A stretch of DNA of 64,000 nt from Vicinamibacterales bacterium (lineage in GTDB: Bacteria; Acidobacteriota; Vicinamibacteria; Vicinamibacterales; UBA2999), in contig JBFWOG010000001.1 in assembly GCA_050250645.1 (NCBI GenBank), forward strand, positions 335,274 to 399,273, in the 5' to 3' direction. How positions within the stretch are numbered: the first letter of the stretch is position 1; every line of letters starts with the position of its first letter. The position numbers and the translations under genes were made by a program. The notes beneath the pieces were generated by a model, which was given only the letters and a program-made list of their open reading frames with translations, had not been told where the DNA came from and did not search any database. Below are positions 34,138 through 43,397 of this stretch, piece after piece.

Positions 34138-35877
34138 TCAGGGGCGGGGCTCGCCCGCCGACGCCGCCAGCGCCTCGAACAGGTGCTCCTCGATCTCGGC
34201 CGCGGTCGACAGGCGGAGGGCATGGCTCGCGTGGATCCGCGCCTCGCCCGCGTGGACGCCGGCGACCACGCGCCTGGCCACCGGAATCGCCGCGGGCGTC
34301 ATGCTGAAGTCGGTCAGGCCGAGGCCGATGAGCAGCCCCAGCAGCGCCGGGTCGGCCGCCATCTCGCCGCAGAGCGAAACGGGAATCCGGTGCCGGGCCG
34401 CCGCCCGCCGGACCTGCCGGATGAGCCGCAGGACCGCCGGGTGCAGCGGCTCGTACAGGTCCGAGACGCGGTCGTCCGTCCGGTCGACGGCCAGCGTGTA
34501 CTGGATGAGGTCGTTGGTCCCGATGGTGAAGAAGTCGACTTCCGTCGCCAGCAGGTCCGCCGCGAGCGCCGCCGCCGGCACCTCGATCATCACACCCACC
34601 GGGATCCGCCCGACGACGCCCACCTCCGCGGCGACCTCGCCGAGCATCGCACGCGCCTGCCGGACCTCCTCCACGCTCGTGACGAACGGGAACATGATCC
34701 GCAGGCGTCCCGCGGTCGAGGCGCGGACGAGCGCGCGCAGCTGCGTGCGCAGGAGGTCCGGGTGCGCCAGGCCCAGCCGCAGCCCCCGCAGGCCCGGCCG
34801 GCCGCGCTGGCGGTCCATGCGGCCCGCGGCCGCGGGCACCTGCCGCTCGTCGAGGTCGAACGTGCGGATCGTCACCGCGTGGGGCGCCATGCCATCGAGC
34901 AGGCTCGCGTACTGCCGGAACTGCGCCTCCTCGGTGGCGGCCTCGGGGCCGCGCACCGTCAGCATGAACTCCGAGCGGTACAGCCCGATGCCCTCCGCCC
35001 CCCGGTCGGCGAGCGCCGAGAGGTCCTCGAGCAGCTCGATGTTCGCCTCGATCCGCACGCGCACGCCGTCGAGCGTCATGGCCGGGCCCGGCGCGAGGGC
35101 GGGGCGCCGGACCGGCGACTGGTGACGGTGGCGCGCGAGCCGCCGCTCGGCCTCCTCGAGGGTCGCCGGAGACGGCGACACGATCAGCTCCCCCGTCGAC
35201 CCGTCGACGACGACGGTCGTGCCGGCCGTGATGCGGAGTGACGCGTCGTGCAGGCCCACGACCGCAGGGATCTTGAGCGACCGCGCCAGGATGGCGGTGT
35301 GGTACGTGCGGCTGCCGGCGTCGGTCGCGAAGCCCTGGATCCGGCTCCAGTCGAGCTGGGCCGCCATCGACGCCGTCAGCTCGTCGGCGACCAGGACCGA
35401 CGGGCCGTCGAGGTCGTTCAGCAGGTCGCGCGGCCCCCGGAGGCCGTGGCGCAGGTTGAGCTGCAGGCGGCCGGCCACGTCGGCGACGTCGCTCTCCCGC
35501 TCGCGCAGGTACGGGTCGGCGACCGTCTGGAAGACCTGGCAGAGTTCCTCGTAGGCGCGGTGCACGGCCCAGGCGGCGTTCACCTGCTCGGTCCGCACGA
35601 TCTCCTCGGCCCGGCCGACGAACAGCGTGTCGTCGAGCATCAGGAGCTGCGCGTCGAACAACGCCGCGAGGTCGGGGCCGTGGGCCTCGCGGATGCGGTC
35701 GCGAATCTCGGCGACCTGCGCCTTCGACACCTCGCGCGCCCGGGCGAGGGCGGCCAGCTCGCGCGGCACGCGGCTGGGCGGGATCGGGAACCGCAGCACC
35801 TCGGCGCGCTCGGTCAGCACGACCGCCCGGCCGATGGCGAGGCCCGGCGAGACGGGGATACCGGTCAGGCGTTCCAC
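34138..35877 (-). CDS. ptsI: Phosphoenolpyruvate-protein phosphotransferase (PTS Enzyme I)
   Basis: 579 aa. Phospho-His region GSRTYHTAILARSLKIPAVVG, PEP-utilising TIM barrel GIGLYRSEF, FFTIGTNDLIQY and CGEMAADP. No N-terminal GAF domain. Confidence 0.9.
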   Translation of the reverse strand: MERLTGIPVSPGLAIGRAVVLTERAEVLRFPIPPSRVPRELAALARAREVSKAQVAEIRDRIREAHGPDLAALFDAQLLMLDDTLFVGRAEEIVRTEQVNAAWAVHRAYEELCQVFQTVADPYLRERESDVADVAGRLQLNLRHGLRGPRDLLNDLDGPSVLVADELTASMAAQLDWSRIQGFATDAGSRTYHTAILARSLKIPAVVGLHDASLRITAGTTVVVDGSTGELIVSPSPATLEEAERRLARHRHQSPVRRPALAPGPAMTLDGVRVRIEANIELLEDLSALADRGAEGIGLYRSEFMLTVRGPEAATEEAQFRQYASLLDGMAPHAVTIRTFDLDERQVPAAAGRMDRQRGRPGLRGLRLGLAHPDLLRTQLRALVRASTAGRLRIMFPFVTSVEEVRQARAMLGEVAAEVGVVGRIPVGVMIEVPAAALAADLLATEVDFFTIGTNDLIQYTLAVDRTDDRVSDLYEPLHPAVLRLIRQVRRAAARHRIPVSLCGEMAADPALLGLLIGLGLTDFSMTPAAIPVARRVVAGVHAGEARIHASHALRLSTAAEIEEHLFEALAASAGEPRP

Positions 35878-36143
35878 GCCTCTTCCCCGAATCCGCCGTC
35901 GACGAGGGAGCCGAGCGCCGCGAGCGCCTCGGCCTCGTCCGGGCCGTCCGCCGTGATCGTGATCGTGGTCCCGCGCGACGCGGCCAGCAGGAGGATGCCC
36001 ATGATGCTCTTGCCGTCCATCACGCGGCCGTCCCGCGCGACACGCACCTGTGCCCGGAAGCGGGTGGCCACGTGCACGAACTTCGCCGCCGCGCGGGCGT
36101 GCAGCCCGAGCTGGTTGCAGATCCGCACCTCGCGGCTCGTCAT
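35865..36143 (-). CDS. ptsH: Phosphocarrier protein HPr/NPr
   Basis: 92 aa with His15 context NQLGLHARAAAKF and Ser46 context DGKSIMGILLL. It overlaps the ptsI start by 13 nt. Confidence 0.85.
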   Translation of the reverse strand: MTSREVRICNQLGLHARAAAKFVHVATRFRAQVRVARDGRVMDGKSIMGILLLAASRGTTITITADGPDEAEALAALGSLVDGGFGEEAWNA

Positions 36144-36583
36144 CGCTCGCCCTCCCCCGACCCCTCCCCTGCCGCCGTGTCGGCGTTCCTGGCCAGCAGG
36201 TCGGACGCCACCCAGATCGCGTTCCGGCCGTGCTCGCGCAGCGCCCGCGCGACCGCCGTCAGCCCGGCGGGCTCCTGCATCGTCGCCGCCTTGATCAGCA
36301 TCGGGAGGTTCACGCCCGTCACGACCTCGACGACGTCGCCCTCCAGGAACGTGATCCCGAGGTTCGACGGCGTGCCGCCGAACATGTCGGTCAGGACGAG
36401 GACGCCGTCGCCGGCCTGGACGCGGGCGATCGCGCCGGCGATGTCGTCACGGGCGTCCTGCACGTCCTCGTGCCAGCCGATGGACACGGCGGTGAAGGCC
36501 GGCAGGTCGCCGACGATGGTCTCGGCGGCGTTCACGAGCTCGGTGGCCAGCTGGCCGTGGGTCACGACGACGACTCCGATCAT
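36140..36583 (-). CDS. PTS EIIA component, mannose/fructose family
   Basis: MIGVVVVTHGQLATELVNAAETIVG...VLVLTDMFGGTPSN is the EIIA-Man fold signature. 4-nt overlap with HPr. Confidence 0.8.
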   Translation of the reverse strand: MIGVVVVTHGQLATELVNAAETIVGDLPAFTAVSIGWHEDVQDARDDIAGAIARVQAGDGVLVLTDMFGGTPSNLGITFLEGDVVEVVTGVNLPMLIKAATMQEPAGLTAVARALREHGRNAIWVASDLLARNADTAAGEGSGEGER

Positions 36584-36598
36584 GGGGCAGCCTCCGGC

Positions 36599-37507
36599 TC
36601 ACGCCTCGCGCGACATGTCGCGATGGCGCACGCGCGTGGTCACGTTCTTCAGGTCGGCGAGTTCCCGCTTGAGCGTCTCCGCGAGGTACACGGAGCGGTG
36701 GCGGCCGCCGGTGCAGCCGATCGCGATCGTCAGGTACGCCTTGCCCTCCCCCACGTACTGCGGCACGAGGTAGCGGAGGAAGGCCGACAGGCGGCGGATG
36801 AAGGTGCGCGTCGCCGGCTGTCGCCGGATGTACGCCGCCACCGCCGCGTCGCGGCCCGTCTTGGGGCGCAGCGTGGGCACGAAGTGGGGGTTCGGCAGGA
36901 ACCGGACGTCGAACACCAGGTCGGCCTCGAGCGGCACGCCGTGCTTGAAGCCGAAGCTCTCGAACGTCAGGACCATCCGCGCCCGCTCGCGCTGGTTCTC
37001 GGCGAGCCCCAGGAACGCCTGCCGCAGCTCGTGGACCGTCAGGTCGGACGTGTCGACGATGCGATCGGCGAGCCGGCGGATCTTCGCGAGCGCCTTGCGC
37101 TCGGTCTTGAGGCCCTCCGACACCGGCCGGTCCGGCGCGAGGGGGTGCGGGCGCCGCGTCTCGCTGTAGCGGCGCAGCAGCACCGCGTCGGACGCCTCGA
37201 GGAAGATCAGCGTCGGGTTGAGCCCCGGCATCGCGCGGAGCCGGCGCCAGAGCGGCGGGAAGTCCTCGAGGAACCGGCTCTCGCGGATGTCGACGACGAC
37301 CGCGACTTTCGGGTTGTCGGCGCCCTCGTGCAGCGACAGGTTGGCGAGCACGGGGATGAGCGGCGTGGGCAGGTTGTCCACGCAGTAGTAGCCCAGGTCC
37401 TCGAGCGCGCGGATCGCGTGCGACTTGCCCGCGCCCGAGAGGCCCGTGAGGACGATGAAGCCGGTGCTGGCCGGGTTGACGCCGGCGCGGCGCGCGCGGG
37501 CGCTCAT
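36599..37507 (-). CDS. rapZ: RNase adapter / nucleotide-binding protein RapZ (YvcJ family)
   Basis: FIVLTGLSGAGKSHAIRALEDLGYYCVDNLP and C-terminal IAIGCTGGRHRSV. The start is at 37507 (MSARARR), overlapping the hprK stop (ATGA). Confidence 0.9.
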   Translation of the reverse strand: MSARARRAGVNPASTGFIVLTGLSGAGKSHAIRALEDLGYYCVDNLPTPLIPVLANLSLHEGADNPKVAVVVDIRESRFLEDFPPLWRRLRAMPGLNPTLIFLEASDAVLLRRYSETRRPHPLAPDRPVSEGLKTERKALAKIRRLADRIVDTSDLTVHELRQAFLGLAENQRERARMVLTFESFGFKHGVPLEADLVFDVRFLPNPHFVPTLRPKTGRDAAVAAYIRRQPATRTFIRRLSAFLRYLVPQYVGEGKAYLTIAIGCTGGRHRSVYLAETLKRELADLKNVTTRVRHRDMSREA

Positions 37508-38508
37508 GGATGGCCTCCGCCGTCGAAGTCGTCGTCCGGCTCGTCGTGCACGTCGGGCTCGACGGCGCCGGCGAGCCGGGCGTCGAGGCGCGCGACGAGG
37601 GCGCGGGCCGCGTGGATGCCGCGCGAGCGCAGCAGCTGGTTGCGGGCGGCGACCTCGACGAGGATGGCGAGGTTGCGCCCCGGGGCCACCGGCATGCGGA
37701 CGTGCGGCACCCGCAGGCCCAGCAGCTCGTGGAACTCGTCGTCGATCCCGAGCCGGTCGTACGCCCGCTCCTCGTCCCACCGCTCGAGGTGCACGACCAG
37801 CTCGATGCGCTTCGAGGCGCGGGTGGACGCGATCCCGAAGAGGTCGCGGATGTTGATGAGGCCGATGCCCCGCACCTCCATGTGGTTGCGCGTCAGCTCG
37901 GGCGACGTCCCGATGATGATCGACTCGGCGCGCCGGCGGATCTCCACCGCGTCGTCGGCCACCAGTCGGTGGCCCCGGACGATGAGGTCGAGCGCGCACT
38001 CGCTCTTGCCGATGCCGCTGTCGCCGACCAGGAGGACGCCGAGCCCGAGGACGTCGAGCAGCACGCCGTGGATCGTCTCGCGCACGGCGAGCCGGTCCTC
38101 GAGCAGCGCCGTCAGCTTGCCGATCGCCGTGGCGGTGGGCACGGGCGTCACGAGGACCGGCACGCCGGCCTCCTCCGCCGCCACCGCGACCTCGGGCGGG
38201 AGGGTCGCGCCGTGCGTGACGAGCAGGCACGGGATGGCCGTGTGGAAGGTGCGCCCCAGCACCTCGAGGCGGGCCTCCGGCTCGAGGGTCTCGAGGAAGC
38301 GGAGCTCGCTCTCGCCGTAGATCAGGACGCGCCCCGGCTGCAGGTACCCGTGGTACCCCGCCAGGGCGAGCCCCGTCTTCTGGATGTACGGGCTGGTGAT
38401 CGGCCGCCCGAGCCCGCGGCCGCCCGCGATCAGGTCGAGGGCGAGGCCGAGGGCGTCGGGGCGGGCGTCGAGCAGGCCGCCGACGGTGACCGCCGGGACT
38501 GTTGACAT
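37504..38508 (-). CDS. hprK: HPr kinase/phosphorylase
   Basis: 334 aa. P-loop GVLLVGDSGIGKSECALDLIVRGHRLVADD and GIGLINIRDLFG. Confidence 0.9.
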   Translation of the reverse strand: MSTVPAVTVGGLLDARPDALGLALDLIAGGRGLGRPITSPYIQKTGLALAGYHGYLQPGRVLIYGESELRFLETLEPEARLEVLGRTFHTAIPCLLVTHGATLPPEVAVAAEEAGVPVLVTPVPTATAIGKLTALLEDRLAVRETIHGVLLDVLGLGVLLVGDSGIGKSECALDLIVRGHRLVADDAVEIRRRAESIIIGTSPELTRNHMEVRGIGLINIRDLFGIASTRASKRIELVVHLERWDEERAYDRLGIDDEFHELLGLRVPHVRMPVAPGRNLAILVEVAARNQLLRSRGIHAARALVARLDARLAGAVEPDVHDEPDDDFDGGGHP

Positions 38509-38518
38509 GGCCTCGAGG

Positions 38519-38541
38519 CGGGCCCGCGCGGTGCGGGCCCG
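38519..38541 (-). promoter_or_regulatory. Perfect 9-bp GC hairpin between hpf and hprK
   Basis: CGGGCCCGC-GCGGT-GCGGGCCCG in the 36-bp hpf-hprK spacer. No U-tract, so the function (processing, attenuation or stability) is unknown. Confidence 0.4.
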
Positions 38542-38544
38542 GGG

Positions 38545-39093
38545 CTAGGCGTCCGGCTCGATCAGGCCGAACTGGCCGCTCTTGCGGCGGTACAGGACGT
38601 TGACCGCGTCGGTGACGGCGTCGCGGAACACGAGGAACTCGGCGTCGCGGCCCTCGAGCTCGAGCGCGGCCTCGTCGGCCGTCATCGGCTTCACCGCGTA
38701 GCGCGACGCGCGGACGATCCGGCGCACCGGCGCCTCGGGCGCCGGCTCGGGCGGCGCGAGGGCGGCGGCACGGGCCGCCTTCGACCCGGCGCTGCGCCGG
38801 GTCTTCGCCGTCGACTTGCTCTTCATCTTGCGCGCCTGCTGCTCGAGCTTCTCGGCGGCGGCGTTCACCGCCAGCTCCCAGGAGTCCGCGCGGGCGACGG
38901 CGTGCAGGAAGCGCTCGCCCTTCGCGTGGAGGGCGACTTCGACGACCTTGTGGAACTTCTCCTTGCTCACCGTCACGGTGGCGGAGATCCCGCGGTCGTT
39001 CACCTGGCGGAGCACGCGGGCGAGCTTGTCGTTGACCAGGGCGCGGAGCCCTGGCGAGATGGTCACTTGCCGGCCGGTCAGTTCGAGACGCAT
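38545..39093 (-). CDS. hpf: Ribosome hibernation promoting factor, long form
   Basis: N-terminal RaiA/HPF domain (MRLELTGRQVTISPGLRALVNDKL...), Lys/Ala-rich linker, and C-terminal dimerisation domain (FLVFRDAVTDAVNVLYRRKSGQFGLIEP). Confidence 0.85.
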   Translation of the reverse strand: MRLELTGRQVTISPGLRALVNDKLARVLRQVNDRGISATVTVSKEKFHKVVEVALHAKGERFLHAVARADSWELAVNAAAEKLEQQARKMKSKSTAKTRRSAGSKAARAAALAPPEPAPEAPVRRIVRASRYAVKPMTADEAALELEGRDAEFLVFRDAVTDAVNVLYRRKSGQFGLIEPDA

Positions 39094-39097
39094 GGGA

Positions 39098-40540
39098 TCA
39101 GAACAACACTTTCCGCTGGTTGGAGGTCGGGATCTTGAGCTCCTCGCGGTACTTCGCGATGGTGCGGCGCGCCAGCATCAGACCCTCGCGCTGCAGGATG
39201 CTCACGATCTTGGAATCGGAGAGGGGCTTGCGCGGATCCTCGGCCTCGATGATCTTCCGGATCCGCTGCTTGATGGTCACCGACGACACCGCGTCCCCGT
39301 AGGAGCTGCTGATGCCGCTGTGGAAGAAGTACTTCATCTCGTACACGCCCTGCGGGGTGTGCATGTACTTGTTCGTCACGACGCGGCTGACCGTCGACTC
39401 GTGCATGCCGATGTCGTTGGCGACGTCGCGCAGGACGAGGGGACGGAGGTGCTCGATGCCGTGATCGAGGAAGTCGCGCTGGAAGTTGATGATGCTCGTG
39501 GCGACCTTGTGGATCGTCTTCTGCCGCTGCTCCACCGACTTGATGAGCCAGAGGGCCGAGCGGAACTTGTCCTTCACGTAGGCGCGCGTCTCGTCGGTGT
39601 TCTCCGACGCGCTCTTGTCGAGCAGCCGCCGGTAGGTCGGGCTGATGCGCAGCTGCGGCAGCCCGTCCTCGTTGAGGACCGCGACGTACTGGTCCTCGAC
39701 CTTCACGACGTACACGTCCGGGATGACGTACTGCGACTGCGTCGGGTTGTAGCGGCTCCCGGGCTTCGGGTCGAGGTGCTTGATGACCTCGACGTGCTCC
39801 TTCAGCTCCTCCAGCGTCACGCCGAGCTTCTTCGCCAGCTCCGGCACCTGGTGGTTCTGGAGCAGCCGGAGGTGCTCGGTCACGATCTTCTCGGTCGGCG
39901 TGCCCTCGAGGCCGACGTGGCGGATCTGGAGCGTGAGGCACTCCTGGAGATCCCGCGCGGCGACGCCGATCGGGTCGAACCCCTGGATGAGGCGCAAGGT
40001 CGCCTCCACCGCCTCGACCGGCCACGGGCCCATGGCCGCCAGCTCGTCGACCGACGCCACCAGGTACCCGTCGTCGTCCAGGTTGCCGATGATGGCCTCG
40101 CCGATCGCGCGGACCTGCTCGTCGTCGGTCTGGATGGAGAGCTGCCAGCTCAGGTGGTCCGTGAGCGACGCCATCGTCGAGAGCGTGTTCTCGATGGGCG
40201 GCAGTTCCTTGACTTCCTGCGGCGCACGCGGGCGGTAGCCGTCGTCGAGGTAGTCGCCGAAGAAGTACTCGTAGTCGGCGTCGTCCCAGGCCTCGGGCTT
40301 GGTCTCGGCGGCCGGCGGCGGGGCCTCCTCGGACTCCTTCTCGGAGGCGGGCTGCTGGTCGGTGGCCTGCAGGTCCTCGGTCGGGACCTCCTCGAGAAGC
40401 GGGTTCTCGACGATCTCGTTGTTCAGCAGATCGGCAAGCTCCAGCGTCGACATCGGCAGGAGCTTGATCGCCTGCTGCAGCGAGGGCGTCAGGATTAGCT
40501 TCTGCGCCAGCCGGGTCTGAAGCTTCTGCTGGATGGCCAT
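39098..40540 (-). CDS. rpoN: RNA polymerase sigma-54 factor
   Basis: N-terminal LILTPSLQQAIKLLPMSTLEL, HTH, and the RpoN box ARRTIAKYR near the C-terminus. Confidence 0.95.
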   Translation of the reverse strand: MAIQQKLQTRLAQKLILTPSLQQAIKLLPMSTLELADLLNNEIVENPLLEEVPTEDLQATDQQPASEKESEEAPPPAAETKPEAWDDADYEYFFGDYLDDGYRPRAPQEVKELPPIENTLSTMASLTDHLSWQLSIQTDDEQVRAIGEAIIGNLDDDGYLVASVDELAAMGPWPVEAVEATLRLIQGFDPIGVAARDLQECLTLQIRHVGLEGTPTEKIVTEHLRLLQNHQVPELAKKLGVTLEELKEHVEVIKHLDPKPGSRYNPTQSQYVIPDVYVVKVEDQYVAVLNEDGLPQLRISPTYRRLLDKSASENTDETRAYVKDKFRSALWLIKSVEQRQKTIHKVATSIINFQRDFLDHGIEHLRPLVLRDVANDIGMHESTVSRVVTNKYMHTPQGVYEMKYFFHSGISSSYGDAVSSVTIKQRIRKIIEAEDPRKPLSDSKIVSILQREGLMLARRTIAKYREELKIPTSNQRKVLF

Positions 40541-40578
40541 GACCGTCTCAGGCGCGGGTGTCCGCCGCCTGTTTCATC

Positions 40579-41304
40579 TTAGTCCAGCCGGAAGTCGGCC
40601 CCCAGATAAATCCGGCGGACGTCCTCGTCCGCGGCAAGCTGGTCGGGGGTGCCGTTCCGGAAAATCACGCCGTCGGTGACGATGTAGGCGCGGTCGGTGA
40701 TGCGGAGCGTCTCGCGCACGTTGTGATCGGTGATGAGCACGCCGATGCCCCGTTCCTTCAGGTGGAAGATGATCTTCTGGATGTCCGTGAGGGCGATCGG
40801 GTCGATGCCGGCGAACGGCTCATCGAGCAGGATGAACCGCGGCGACATCACGAGCGCCCGGGTAATCTCCGCCCGCCGCCGCTCCCCGCCCGAGAGCGTG
40901 TAGGCGGGCGACCCCGCCAGGGCCGTCAGGTTGAGCTCCGAGAGCAGCTCGGCCAGCTTCGCCTTGCGCGCCGCGTGGTCGAGGTCGAGCGTCTCGAGGA
41001 TGGCGAGGATGTTCTGCTCGACCGAGAGCCCGCGGAAGATCGACGGCTCCTGCGGCAGGTACCCGATGCCCTTGCGGGCCCGGATGTACATCGGGTCGTC
41101 GGTGACGTCCTGCCCGTCCAGCGTGACGCGACCGGAGTCGGGCGCCGTCAGCCCGACGGTCATGTAGAACGTCGTGGTCTTGCCGGCGCCGTTCGGCCCC
41201 AGCAACCCGACGACCTCCCCCGAGGCCACCTCGAGGCTGACGCCGCGCACCACCGTGCGCCCGCCGTACGACTTGGTGAGTTCGTGCGTCCGGAGCGTCG
41301 ACAT
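40579..41304 (-). CDS. lptB: LPS export ABC transporter ATP-binding protein LptB
   Basis: 241 aa. [16 protein letters not shown] Walker [16 protein letters not shown] signature, [12 protein letters not shown] Walker B. It lies between an LptC/A-like gene and rpoN, as in the classical lpt-rpoN operon. Confidence 0.9.
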   Translation of the reverse strand: MSTLRTHELTKSYGGRTVVRGVSLEVASGEVVGLLGPNGAGKTTTFYMTVGLTAPDSGRVTLDGQDVTDDPMYIRARKGIGYLPQEPSIFRGLSVEQNILAILETLDLDHAARKAKLAELLSELNLTALAGSPAYTLSGGERRRAEITRALVMSPRFILLDEPFAGIDPIALTDIQKIIFHLKERGIGVLITDHNVRETLRITDRAYIVTDGVIFRNGTPDQLAADEDVRRIYLGADFRLD

Positions 41305-43377
41305 TCACTCGACCCGCGTCCCCGGGCACTTGCCTCCGCCCTTCGTTTGCGTGCGCGTCTCCTCGTTGCCGTCGATGAGAATCCTATCCGAGCCCCTGAA
41401 GAAGGTCAAGGTTCGGCCCGTCGTTTCGCGGCATTCCTCGACGAGCGACACGGGCGATCCGGACAGCTGGTAGCGCGCCTCGTCCGGCTCGTACACCATC
41501 GTCGTGCCGGTCGCCTCGCGGCCGTCGACCTTCATGCGCACCGCGTCCTTCGCGTCGAGCCGCGCGACCGCGTTGGAGGTCGGCGCCAGCGTCACCTGGA
41601 TGCGGCCGGCGCTCAGCTCGCCGTCGGGCCCGTTGAGCTGCGCGGACGTCTCGTACACGGCCCGCCGCGCCCCGTGGTCGTAGGCGAACGTCGCGCCTCG
41701 CCCGATGGTCGGCTTCGGCCGCGCGCCGTCGTCGCCGGGCTCGCCGAAGAGGAGCGCCGTGATCACCTTGCCGGACGCGGACAGGTCGCCCGCCTGGTCG
41801 TCCATGGTGATCGTCTCCGCCTGGATGGACGTGTCGCCCTGCCAGAGCCGCGCGTCGCCCTCGCAGACGATCCTGCCGCCGTCCTCCTCGAAGACCAGCG
41901 ACTTCGCGATCACGTTGATCGCCTGCCCGGCCGCGAGGAGGGTCGGCGCGCCGCCCGCGTCACGGGCGCCGGGCTGCAGGACGGTCCGCACGGTGCCCCG
42001 CGCCTCGAGCCGGCGCGGGTCGAGGGTGATGTCGATGGCCTCCGCGTCGATCCGCACGCGCGCGTCCTCGACGTGCGGCGGCGTCGCGCCGCCCGCGAGC
42101 GCGAGCGTGCCGTCGGCGACCGCGTAGACCGCGTCGGCGCTCGTCGCCCGCATCGGCCCGTCGGCGAAGCGGAAGTCGCCGGCGAAGCGCGCCTCGCCGA
42201 GCGCCCCGCCCGTGCCCGACAGCGCCACGTCGAGCCGGTTCGCCCGCGCGACGCGCGTGGCGCCGCCCGACGCCTCGCGGAACTCGACCGCCCCGTCGAA
42301 GCGCATGGCCGTCAGCCCCGCCCCCGCCTCACCCGTGCCCGCCAGCTCGCGCGCCCGGATCGTGCGCGCCGGCGCGCCCCCGGCCGCCGGGAGCGTCACC
42401 TCCACCTGGTCGCGGCTCGCGAGCGCGGTGACCGCGCCGTCGGGCGCCAGCACGACGTCGATCCACTCGGCGCCGAGCTGCTGCCCCCCGCCGCCGGCCG
42501 CCCCCGCCAGGTCGATCGCCGCGCCGCCGGCCAGCGTGGCCTGGCGCAGCGTCCGGCCGTCCTCCGCGTACGCGAGCGTGATGTCGCGCGCCTGCATCGC
42601 GCGCAGGGAGCCCACGCCGGCCGCCCCGGCGATGCGCGAGTTGCCCTTCAGCTCGATCCGCTCGGGCTCGTCGCGATCCGGCAGGAGGTGGACGGTGGCC
42701 TCGTCGGCATCCACCACCTGCCCGTCGCGCTCGAGGTGCACGTCGCCCTCGAAGCGCATGTAGCGGTCCTGGCGGGCGAAGCCGGCGGTGCGCGCGGAGA
42801 CCGACAGGCCCCCGCCCTCCTCGTCACCGGCCATTTGGATGACGGCCTGGTCGAGCAGCCACAGCGTGTCGCGCTGGCGGTCGTAGGTGAAGCCGACGCC
42901 CGACCCCGAGAGCCGGCCGCTGTCGAAGGTGATGGCCGACGGGGCGCGGACGATGCCCTCCGCGTCGACGTAGTGCGCCTCGCTGGTCTGGGCGACGAGG
43001 CCGTCGCTCGCCGTCAGCGTGACATTGCCTTCGAGGTCGATGTTGCTCTGGTTGGGGCCGATCTGCCCCTCGTCGCCGGTGATGGTGAACGTCCGCCCGG
43101 CGCGGTTGTCGATCGTGGCCTTGAGCCCCTTCAGCCGGTTCTGGCCATCGTCGTACGTGACCTGCCCGGCGAACTCGATGCGCACGTCGCGCTCGGCGCC
43201 CTTCAGCTGGATGATGTCCCCGCCGCGGGTCTCGGCGATCGCCCGCGGATCGAGCCGCGCCACGGGCTCGGCCGGCGCCGGCGCCTGCCGCTCGCCGATC
43301 GCGAAGTACAGGGCGGCCGCGAAGCCCAGGGCAAAGATGCCCACCCCCACCCGCGCGCGACGCTGCCAGGACGCCAT
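41305..43377 (-). CDS. Large membrane-anchored LptC/LptA (OstA)-like protein with several tandem beta-jellyroll-like modules
   Basis: About 690 aa from MASWQRRARVGVGIFALGFAAALYFAI (TM anchor as in LptC). It has repeated ...GNVTLT... / ...A(D/E)xxxY... segments and an LptA-like C-terminus (ATGTTMVYEPDEARYQLSGSPVSL). It abuts the lptB start. The domain count was judged by eye only. Confidence 0.6.
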   Translation of the reverse strand: MASWQRRARVGVGIFALGFAAALYFAIGERQAPAPAEPVARLDPRAIAETRGGDIIQLKGAERDVRIEFAGQVTYDDGQNRLKGLKATIDNRAGRTFTITGDEGQIGPNQSNIDLEGNVTLTASDGLVAQTSEAHYVDAEGIVRAPSAITFDSGRLSGSGVGFTYDRQRDTLWLLDQAVIQMAGDEEGGGLSVSARTAGFARQDRYMRFEGDVHLERDGQVVDADEATVHLLPDRDEPERIELKGNSRIAGAAGVGSLRAMQARDITLAYAEDGRTLRQATLAGGAAIDLAGAAGGGGQQLGAEWIDVVLAPDGAVTALASRDQVEVTLPAAGGAPARTIRARELAGTGEAGAGLTAMRFDGAVEFREASGGATRVARANRLDVALSGTGGALGEARFAGDFRFADGPMRATSADAVYAVADGTLALAGGATPPHVEDARVRIDAEAIDITLDPRRLEARGTVRTVLQPGARDAGGAPTLLAAGQAINVIAKSLVFEEDGGRIVCEGDARLWQGDTSIQAETITMDDQAGDLSASGKVITALLFGEPGDDGARPKPTIGRGATFAYDHGARRAVYETSAQLNGPDGELSAGRIQVTLAPTSNAVARLDAKDAVRMKVDGREATGTTMVYEPDEARYQLSGSPVSLVEECRETTGRTLTFFRGSDRILIDGNEETRTQTKGGGKCPGTRVE

Positions 43378-43397
43378 GGCAACGATTGTACCAGTAA

